Assembly: GCA_023898645.1 (NCBI GenBank) | Contig: CP060232.1 | Span: 570,001-602,000 of the forward strand | Direction: 5' to 3' | Length of the DNA stretch: 32,000 nt | From: Candidatus Saccharimonadota bacterium | Lineage (GTDB): Bacteria > Patescibacteriota > Saccharimonadia > Saccharimonadales > Saccharimonadaceae | Notes under the pieces: generated by a model | What the model was told of the DNA's origin: nothing | Database searches by the model: none | What the model saw: the letters and a program-made list of their open reading frames with translations, nothing else | Position numbers and translations under genes: made by a program | Shown here: one piece after another, positions 23,554-30,458 of the stretch | How the letters are laid out: every line of letters begins with the position of its first letter | Numbering within the stretch: position 1 is the stretch's first letter

Positions 23554-24498
23554 ATGACAAAGAACGTAGAATCAACCAACATACTCCGAGAGCTTGAGCC
23601 CGTTGTCGAGTCAGAACTTAACAGACACGAAAAAATGGTAAAAAATTGGTATCCGCACGACTACGTTCCATGGAGCGAAGGTAAAAATTTCGCATATCTA
23701 GGCGGGGAAGACTGGGAGCCAACACAATCACGACTTGGAAAAGCCGCCAGGGCAGCCATGTACGTAAATCTACTGACTGAAGACAATCTGCCTTCTTATC
23801 ATCGAGTGATCTCCGCTACTTTCGGACGCGATAGCGCATGGGGTACATGGGTAGACCGCTGGACGGCTGAAGAAAACAAACACGGCATAGCTATGCGTGA
23901 CTATCTGACAGTAACAAGAGCAATCAATCCCGTAGAGCTGGAGCAGGCACGCATGCAGCAGATGACGTCAGGATATCAGAGTGAAAAATCTCCACTAGAC
24001 GCTGTTGCCTACGTCACCATGCAGGAGCTCGCCACTCGTATCGCTCATCGCAACACGGGCATAGAGAGCAGAAAAGACGGCGACGAGCTGGCAGAAAAGC
24101 TACTTGCTCGTATTGCACTCGACGAAAACCTGCACATGCTGTTTTATCGCAATATCGGTACAGCCGCATTCGAAGTAGAGCCTAACGAGATGATGAAATC
24201 TGTCACAGAGGAAATTCTTGGGTTTCAGATGCCTGGCGCTGCAAGCATTCCTGATTTTTGGGCAAATGCCGCCGTTATCGCTGATGCCGAGATCTATGAC
24301 CTCAACATCCATGCCAATAGTATCGTCAACCCGACTCTAAAACACTGGAAAGTCTGGGACCGCACAGACCTAAGTGGCGAAGGCGCTGAAGCTAGAGACA
24401 AACTCGGTAGGTACATGCTAAAACTTGAATCAAAAGCGCAAGAACTAGTAGAGCTTCGCGAGGAGCAAAAAGCTGCCCAGAACACTAGTCAAAACTAA
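23554..24498 (+). CDS. Soluble acyl-ACP desaturase family protein (di-iron, DesA/stearoyl-ACP desaturase type)
   Basis: LLTEDNLPSYH, WTAEENKHG, QELATRIAHRNT and ALDENLHMLFY match the four-helix di-iron ligand motifs (EENxH / DExxH). ATG 23554 with GAGGG 5 nt upstream is preferred to the ORF-track GTG 23536. Confidence 0.88.
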   Translation: MTKNVESTNILRELEPVVESELNRHEKMVKNWYPHDYVPWSEGKNFAYLGGEDWEPTQSRLGKAARAAMYVNLLTEDNLPSYHRVISATFGRDSAWGTWVDRWTAEENKHGIAMRDYLTVTRAINPVELEQARMQQMTSGYQSEKSPLDAVAYVTMQELATRIAHRNTGIESRKDGDELAEKLLARIALDENLHMLFYRNIGTAAFEVEPNEMMKSVTEEILGFQMPGAASIPDFWANAAVIADAEIYDLNIHANSIVNPTLKHWKVWDRTDLSGEGAEARDKLGRYMLKLESKAQELVELREEQKAAQNTSQN

Positions 24499-24547
24499 AT
24501 TTTTGTGCTAGAGTAGATAAAGTTGTAAATATAAATGTGAGTTTTGT

Positions 24548-24754
24548 ATGCCTAAAAAAGCAACCAAGCGAAAATTAGTAGGACTTGTCAGTGACCTCAG
24601 TGGGCACCGTACTTACTATACGACCAAAAACACCCAGAATACTACAGAAAAAATCAGCCTGAAGAAGTACGATCCAATCGCACGTAAACACGCTACTTAC
24701 ACTGAGACTAAAAAGAGTCTTGGTCGTAACGAAGTCAAAGCACGCAAGTCTTAA
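24548..24754 (+). CDS. rpmG: 50S ribosomal protein bL33, Cys-free form with short terminal extensions
   Basis: LVGLVSDLSGHRTYYTTKNTQNTTEKISLKKYDPIARKHATYTETK matches the L33 core. No Cys residues are present. Confidence 0.9.
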   Translation: MPKKATKRKLVGLVSDLSGHRTYYTTKNTQNTTEKISLKKYDPIARKHATYTETKKSLGRNEVKARKS

Positions 24755-24773
24755 TTTCGTTTTCTACACTTTT

Positions 24774-24801
24774 AAAATCCGGCCCTTATCGGCCGGATTT
24801 T
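24774..24801. terminator. Bidirectional terminator between convergent rpmG and the GH15 gene
   Basis: AAAATCCGGCC-cttatc-GGCCGGATTTT, with an A-run and a T-run flanking a 7-bp GC stem. It overlaps the GH15 stop codon. Confidence 0.8.
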
Positions 24802-26744
24802 GTGTCATTTTTAATGGTATCGAGCAATGTCGATACATATTCTGCGTGACTCCAGTTTAACGGCGCGGGCGCCACTAGTGAGTGGTCTACGGGGCTAACT
24901 TGTTCAGACAGTACGCCGGTCTGCATCATAACTCCACCAATCCAATCAAGTATACCCTTAACGCGTTCATCTTGTTCTGTTTCTATAAAATATTGCGCCA
25001 TCCAAAGCGTTGTAATGAACCACCAATTACCGTGAGTATTGGGGTCAATTCTATGGTACTGATCGTGTTCATATCGCGGATAAGCGTCTAGATTCGGGTC
25101 CGAGCGGAGCTCTTGGTCAATCGTTTCAGCCACGGCCTTCAGTTCCGGTGAGTTAACGCCAAATAGTCCAAACATATATGCGCCAAAGAAACTACTCATA
25201 TCAATCGTACTATCATAGCGCACCTGACCGTCGACTACATTTATACCCTTATAAAATGATTTTCTTTCGGCATTGTATAGGTATTTACGGGCACTAATTT
25301 GTATGTCGTCGGCTACGGCCCTCCAAGCCACAGCGCTGCCGTTGTCATCTTTCTTTTCGGCTAGATCTGCTGCGGCGTGCAAGGCGGCATATACAATGGA
25401 CGTCGTATACGTGTTCGTCTGAAAAACTTCTTCCCATAAATCATAGCTCGGCTTCGGTAATCCGGTCGTTTCGTCTATAAACTCAGCCATCCAGTTAGCC
25501 ATCGGCTTAATCATAGAGTCATAAAAGTCATGTAGCATACGGTTGTCACCGGTCGCCTGATAAAACTGCGCAAGTGCAAATACAACAACTGCAGTCTCGT
25601 CTTCCTGTATGGGCGGAGCTACAACGCCATCATCATGAACATACGAGTGCCAGCTAGACCCCATGCCACCATCGGCTCGGAATTTATGCATCAGGTAACC
25701 TGTCGGGTGCATCACGCGCCGACAAAACTCAAAAAACCGATACGGCTCCTCTTTGTAGCCCATTCGTATAAGCGGCCACAGCACAAGCGCGCCATCGCGA
25801 GGCCAGCAATACGCATAGCTGTCGCGACCATAATTAAGCATAGATGTGTCGGTACTGGCGATAACGGCTCCACGCTTATCAATCTGCGACTTGATAATCA
25901 TAACGCTGTGCAAAAATGAATCATGATAGGCGGGGTCGATTTTTGCAGCCGATTCCACGGCTGGCTGCAGCCACTTGTGCCACCACTCTGCAGTTAAGTG
26001 AAGTCGTTTAGACAAACCTTCGCCTCGAATCTGTTTATCTATATATAGCGCTTCTCTCATAGACGACCCGGCGGTAATCCAATAATGCACCCGCTCTGAA
26101 CTTTTGGCGTCGACTTCTAAACGGAATCGGATAATCGAATCGACCCGACCATGCTCAACGTTGCTACCGGACAATTCACCGTCTTCGGCATCGCGATACG
26201 TACCCTCGTGGCCTTCTATGCCAAAAAGGCCGACGCTATGTTGATCAAAAGGTTCGTCATTATGTGTACCTGAAATAATGAACGCTCTTCGACCGCGATA
26301 ATGCAACAAAGCTTCGCTGTCTGGCAGATATTGCGCTGTATCGGTATTGCTTCGCGAGTCGTCGATTGCAAACGCCTGATGCATAAATAAGCGAATTTCT
26401 CGTGGATGATCGGCCAGGTTAACAACATGGATGTTTCGCATGAAAGCGCTCATATGAGCATCGACACAGTCATCAATCTCTAGTAGCACCTGTAAAGATT
26501 CATTTTTTGCGACCGTATGGCCAATGAGTGCACGTATAGGGTAACGGAACGAAAACGTCCATTCGCCTTCATTATCAAGCCAACTAAGCTTGCCATCGAT
26601 CCATACACCAACCCTATGACGAGTATGCGGACCCTGTGCGTGATTAGTAAGTCCCACGTACGGATAAAAAAGATCGTGTACTAAACCGAAGTTATTAAGG
26701 CCGACGTGCAACTCACCGTTCGAAAGTACTATAGGTCTAAGCAT
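24786..26744 (-). CDS. Glycoside hydrolase family 15 (glucoamylase/glucodextranase-like)
   Basis: 652 aa with the motifs YAYCWPRDGA and SYDLWEEV and an (alpha/alpha)6-type C-terminal half. GGAG lies 6 nt before the ATG. Confidence 0.88.
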   Translation of the reverse strand: MLRPIVLSNGELHVGLNNFGLVHDLFYPYVGLTNHAQGPHTRHRVGVWIDGKLSWLDNEGEWTFSFRYPIRALIGHTVAKNESLQVLLEIDDCVDAHMSAFMRNIHVVNLADHPREIRLFMHQAFAIDDSRSNTDTAQYLPDSEALLHYRGRRAFIISGTHNDEPFDQHSVGLFGIEGHEGTYRDAEDGELSGSNVEHGRVDSIIRFRLEVDAKSSERVHYWITAGSSMREALYIDKQIRGEGLSKRLHLTAEWWHKWLQPAVESAAKIDPAYHDSFLHSVMIIKSQIDKRGAVIASTDTSMLNYGRDSYAYCWPRDGALVLWPLIRMGYKEEPYRFFEFCRRVMHPTGYLMHKFRADGGMGSSWHSYVHDDGVVAPPIQEDETAVVVFALAQFYQATGDNRMLHDFYDSMIKPMANWMAEFIDETTGLPKPSYDLWEEVFQTNTYTTSIVYAALHAAADLAEKKDDNGSAVAWRAVADDIQISARKYLYNAERKSFYKGINVVDGQVRYDSTIDMSSFFGAYMFGLFGVNSPELKAVAETIDQELRSDPNLDAYPRYEHDQYHRIDPNTHGNWWFITTLWMAQYFIETEQDERVKGILDWIGGVMMQTGVLSEQVSPVDHSLVAPAPLNWSHAEYVSTLLDTIKNDTKSGR

Positions 26745-26774
26745 TTATACTCCGAAGTTTCCCACCCGCATCGG

Positions 26775-28025
26775 TCATATGGCAACGTTCTCCTCAGAAG
26801 GTTTGGGTGTATTGAGCCCGCCAAGACTATGGTGCAACATCAATCGTAAACGAACATCTCGGATAGCATTCATGTACGACAAAAAGGCGTCATAAGGGGA
26901 GTCGTAAGGGCTAAAGTATTTGTGCACGTCACCATCATGCTGCCATTTAGTGGCCATGTAATAAAAGTGGTCGGAACTTTGCAACAATCGCCAGTCACGT
27001 ATTAACTCTACATCGTTACTTCTCAAAACGTCATTTTGTAACGCATACGCATATTTAAGCGACTCTTTCTGTAAATCATTGCCTGTCCAGGCCGACAAAT
27101 CACGCTCACTGTCTGCCCATGTGACAGTCTGTGGCATCGAAAGCTCACCGGCAGGCTCAAGCTCCCTAGCGGCACCGGTTACTGTCTGGAAAGAATTTCC
27201 ACTTTCAGAAAGCCACTTGGCTACAAATGCCTCGAAAAAGGTAAATATTCCCGTGTCGGCCCACTGATGTTCGCCAAACGTCTCAAAGTCCATAAATAGA
27301 TTAACAAGCGGCCCTTCGGAATTTGATGCAACCCAACTCGCATATTTATCTACGCTAAGTGGCCATTCGTTCCACGACTGGTCACCAAATCGAAATGCAA
27401 GGTCATCGCTCAATTGGTAATTTTTCAGCAACAAGCTGATGTTTTCTGTACCAGCTGGTCGATAAACATAGTTCGGGCTACGCCACTCTAGTACCGGATC
27501 CCAACCTTCTGCCAAGACAACTTCATAGCCAGCTTCGTCGGCCCATTCCGCTACTTCGTCGTTGTATGCAAGCTCCGTGTTACGGAATGCCGTTGGAACA
27601 ACACCAAACACCTCTTTGATCTTCTGACGGTGTTGCTCTACCTGACTCACGAACTCCTGCTTGTTATAGAAAAACGCCAAGCTGTGATAATACGTTTCGG
27701 CTACAATCTCTACACGGCCAGTTGCGACAAGCTCATTAAATGCGTCCAATACGTCTGGCGCCCACGCCTCGGCCTGTTCTATAAAGTCACCAGTAATACT
27801 AATCGAACATTTAAAATCAGGGTGTCGATCTAGCAGCGTGCGTAGCAACGCCGTCATTGGCCTGTAGGACTTGTCGGCAACCTTGTGAAATATCTTTTCG
27901 TTGTTGAGCTTGCTGTCATCTTTAATGTCAAAATAATCATGTCGTTCACCGATATCGAACACACTGTATGGCCTAACCCGATACGGCTGATGTACATGCA
28001 GGTACAGTGCGATTGCTTTACTCAT
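26775..28025 (-). CDS. Glycoside hydrolase family 57 (alpha-amylase / alpha-glucan-active enzyme)
   Basis: LYLHVHQPYR, GRVEIVAETYYH, FRNTELAY and LFMDFETFGEHQW match GH57 conserved regions. Start ATG 28025 overlaps the upstream stop (ATGA). The ORF-track start 28067 lies inside the upstream gene. Confidence 0.85.
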   Translation of the reverse strand: MSKAIALYLHVHQPYRVRPYSVFDIGERHDYFDIKDDSKLNNEKIFHKVADKSYRPMTALLRTLLDRHPDFKCSISITGDFIEQAEAWAPDVLDAFNELVATGRVEIVAETYYHSLAFFYNKQEFVSQVEQHRQKIKEVFGVVPTAFRNTELAYNDEVAEWADEAGYEVVLAEGWDPVLEWRSPNYVYRPAGTENISLLLKNYQLSDDLAFRFGDQSWNEWPLSVDKYASWVASNSEGPLVNLFMDFETFGEHQWADTGIFTFFEAFVAKWLSESGNSFQTVTGAARELEPAGELSMPQTVTWADSERDLSAWTGNDLQKESLKYAYALQNDVLRSNDVELIRDWRLLQSSDHFYYMATKWQHDGDVHKYFSPYDSPYDAFLSYMNAIRDVRLRLMLHHSLGGLNTPKPSEENVAI

Positions 28026-29242
28026 ACAACTGCACCATCCTTCAAACGACCATAAAGCGATGCGCATTTTTCAGCCACATCATGCCATGATATTCGAGCA
28101 TACTCTTCTTTAACGTTACGACGAAGCGTCGTAGCAAGGCTAGGAGACAATGCAATATTGACCAGTTGGTCAGCGAGTCGGTCAGTGTCCCAATAGTCAT
28201 AGCGCAAGATATTTTCAAGAACTTCGCCAACACCAGATTGTTTGCTTATGATAAGCGCACTGTCGTGGTGCGCAGCTTCAAGGGCAGTAAGGCCAAACGG
28301 CTCACTAACCGAGCTCATGACGAATACATCAGAGACCGAGTAGATGTCGCGCCACTGCTTGCCCCGTACAAAGCCAGTAAAGTACACTTTGTCGGCAATA
28401 CCCATGCTTGCCGCCAGACTGATAAGCTCGTCACGTTGTTCGCCGTCGCCAGCAAGCAAAAAAACAAACTTGTCATACTTTTCACAGGCACGTGCAGCGC
28501 CACGCAAAAAGTGCGTCAAACCTTTTTGCACCGTGAATCGAGTCAGTAGCGCCACCACCGTATAGCCTTCGTACCGAAGCGCCTCAAAGTAACGGTAGTC
28601 GCGCATGTCGTACTCATAGGGCTCAAAGCTATCGACGTCGATTGCGTTGTGAATCACCTCTACGCGTTCGGCTGGTATGCCATATTTCTCAACGATAATA
28701 GCCTTCGTAATGTTACTCACTGCAATAATCCGATCCGCCATATCAAGCGCCTGCTGCTCAATCTCGTGTACGATAGGATTTCCGTAGCTTTCGCCAGAAC
28801 GATCAAACTCGGTAGCGTGTACGTGAACAATGAGGGGAGCGCCAGTCAACTCCTTAGCGCGCACACCCGCCTCCATCGTCAACCAATCATGAGCGTGTAT
28901 GACATCAGGCTGTACTTTTTTAATAAGACCTTCGACAAACGTAATGTAATGCTTTTGAACAGCGCGCATGGTCGACAGATCACCAGCATCAATCTCAGCC
29001 ATATCCTTTTCGGTGACAAATTCACTATCGTAACTACCCATGTGCACGCGACTTTCAGGGTCTAAACTAGTTGCACCATGTATGTTCATAAAATCAATAT
29101 CAGGATGCTCAGCCGAATAGGGGAGCACAAAATCAATCGAAGCACCCTTAATAGCAAGTGCTTTAGACATATGGTAACATGCGACCCCAAGCCCACCACT
29201 GTTGTGCGGCGGCAGCTCCCAGCCGAGCATTAGTATTCTCAT
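28022..29242 (-). CDS. Glycogen-synthase-like glycosyltransferase (GT4/GT5, GT-B fold)
   Basis: MRILMLGWELPPHNSGGLGVA at the N-terminus. E-x7-E motif SEPFGLTALEAA. Confidence 0.85.
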   Translation of the reverse strand: MRILMLGWELPPHNSGGLGVACYHMSKALAIKGASIDFVLPYSAEHPDIDFMNIHGATSLDPESRVHMGSYDSEFVTEKDMAEIDAGDLSTMRAVQKHYITFVEGLIKKVQPDVIHAHDWLTMEAGVRAKELTGAPLIVHVHATEFDRSGESYGNPIVHEIEQQALDMADRIIAVSNITKAIIVEKYGIPAERVEVIHNAIDVDSFEPYEYDMRDYRYFEALRYEGYTVVALLTRFTVQKGLTHFLRGAARACEKYDKFVFLLAGDGEQRDELISLAASMGIADKVYFTGFVRGKQWRDIYSVSDVFVMSSVSEPFGLTALEAAHHDSALIISKQSGVGEVLENILRYDYWDTDRLADQLVNIALSPSLATTLRRNVKEEYARISWHDVAEKCASLYGRLKDGAVV

Positions 29243-29299
29243 TCTTTGCCCCTATGATTGGTTCTACCCAACCGGTGCTCCTCGTTTTTATTTATTAGC

Positions 29300-29326
29300 C
29301 TAGCGTTATTATAAATTATACGCTAG
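29300..29326. promoter_or_regulatory. Inverted repeat CTAGCGT-N13-ACGCTAG in the divergent intergenic region; encloses a minus-strand TATAAT
   Basis: Perfect 7-bp arms. The AT-rich 13-nt spacer reads TATAAT on the minus strand. This looks like a candidate operator of the glucan operon. Confidence 0.5.
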
Positions 29327-29363
29327 CACTTTGACAACAGTTTTTACAGATAAAATATATCAG

Positions 29364-29392
29364 TTGCGTACTCCTGCAATTTGTTCCATAAT
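29364..29392 (+). promoter_or_regulatory. Candidate mscS-like promoter TTGCGT-17 nt-CATAAT, 6 nt before ATG 29399 (leaderless-type)
   Basis: Read from the sequence. A perfect TTGACA at 29331-36 is an alternative -35, but it has no well-spaced -10. Confidence 0.4.
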
Positions 29393-29398
29393 AGGAGG

Positions 29399-30352
29399 AT
29401 GTTTCAAAATGACTCCATAGGTTCCGCCATCGACGAAGTCGTCAGATTTGTATTACAGCCGAATGATTACCGAGCCGTCTTGATTCTCATCATTTCAGTG
29501 CTTTTTGCGTACTGGCTCAGCAAGTTTTTGGCAAAGGGAATCATATTCGTAGCCCAAAAGGTCGCTATAAGAGGCGACACAGAGACTCGTGAAGACAAGT
29601 TTGTGATGTATCGCCAAGTAGAAACCTACCTCAGTATTGCCGTGGCTGTCGTGCGAACTCTCGTAGTGGCGGTGGTCGCCTACATCACTTGGCGTATCCT
29701 CACGCCGCAAGGTAGTGAAAACCTCGGCGGATCAGGCGCGGCGGCAATCGGTGCTAGTACCATCTTTATCGTTTTCGCAGGTGCTACCGTCGGCCTACTA
29801 CTACGCGACATCACAGCCGGAGCCACTATGATCATCGAAAAATGGTTCACGATAGGAGACTTTATTAAAGTCGAGCCATTCATGGATGTCAGCGGTGTAG
29901 TCGAACGTATGAACCTACGCTCTACTAAGCTACGTAGCCTTAGTGGCGAAGTTATCTGGATTCACAACCAACAGATTCAAGGAGTTCACGTCACCCCGCG
30001 CGGAGTACGTACAACCGCCGTCGATATATTTGTTACAGATATCGAAAAGAGTGAATATGCGATTCAACAGGTTGTCAAAGCCATGCCAACTGGCGCCACC
30101 ATGCTCGCTCGGCCGCTCCGTATGACCAAACCAGAGCAGTGGGGTGAAGGAGTCTGGCGAATCACTGTCATAGGTGAAACCACTCCTGGTCGCGAATGGT
30201 TAATGGAAAAGTATTTCGTCAACGCCATTACAAAGCTAGACGAAGAGGCCAAAAAAGTCGACAAGTTACTGGCGCTTGAACCAATCGCATATTACGCCGA
30301 CCCGGTCGCCGACAAACGCTTCAAACGCGCCGTCCGCGTCAAGAGCACGTAA
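29399..30352 (+). CDS. Mechanosensitive ion channel, MscS family
   Basis: Three N-terminal TM segments, then GDFIKV...GVVERMNLRSTKLRSLSGEVIWIHNQQI, the MscS beta-domain signature. ATG 29399 is preferred to the ORF-track TTG 29381, but the start remains uncertain. Confidence 0.85.
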   Translation: MFQNDSIGSAIDEVVRFVLQPNDYRAVLILIISVLFAYWLSKFLAKGIIFVAQKVAIRGDTETREDKFVMYRQVETYLSIAVAVVRTLVVAVVAYITWRILTPQGSENLGGSGAAAIGASTIFIVFAGATVGLLLRDITAGATMIIEKWFTIGDFIKVEPFMDVSGVVERMNLRSTKLRSLSGEVIWIHNQQIQGVHVTPRGVRTTAVDIFVTDIEKSEYAIQQVVKAMPTGATMLARPLRMTKPEQWGEGVWRITVIGETTPGREWLMEKYFVNAITKLDEEAKKVDKLLALEPIAYYADPVADKRFKRAVRVKST

Positions 30353-30363
30353 CCCCATATCTG

Positions 30364-30372
30364 TGGTACAAT
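30364..30372 (+). promoter_or_regulatory. Extended -10 TGgTACAAT upstream of tRNA-Trp
   Basis: This is the same 9-mer as at 23293-23301. It lies 12 nt before the tRNA 5' end. Confidence 0.5.
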
Positions 30373-30383
30373 ATTTTGTGTAA

Positions 30384-30458
30384 AGGGGCATAGTACAACG
30401 GCTAGTATAGCGGTCTCCAAAACCGTAGATTGAGGTTCGATTCCTCATGCCCCTGCCA
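30384..30458 (+). tRNA. tRNA-Trp (anticodon CCA), CCA tail encoded
   Basis: Acceptor AGGGGCA/TGCCCCT, anticodon loop CTCCAAA, T arm GAGG-TTCGATT-CCTC, discriminator G followed by CCA. Confidence 0.93.

Noticed and set aside
29394-29420. GGAGG at 29394-98 as the SD for the 3-codon mini-ORF ATG 29409 (M-T-P-stop)
   Set aside because: The ORF is too short to evaluate and out of frame with MscS. It is noted only because the GGAGG abuts ATG 29399 with zero spacing, which is what leaves the MscS start uncertain.
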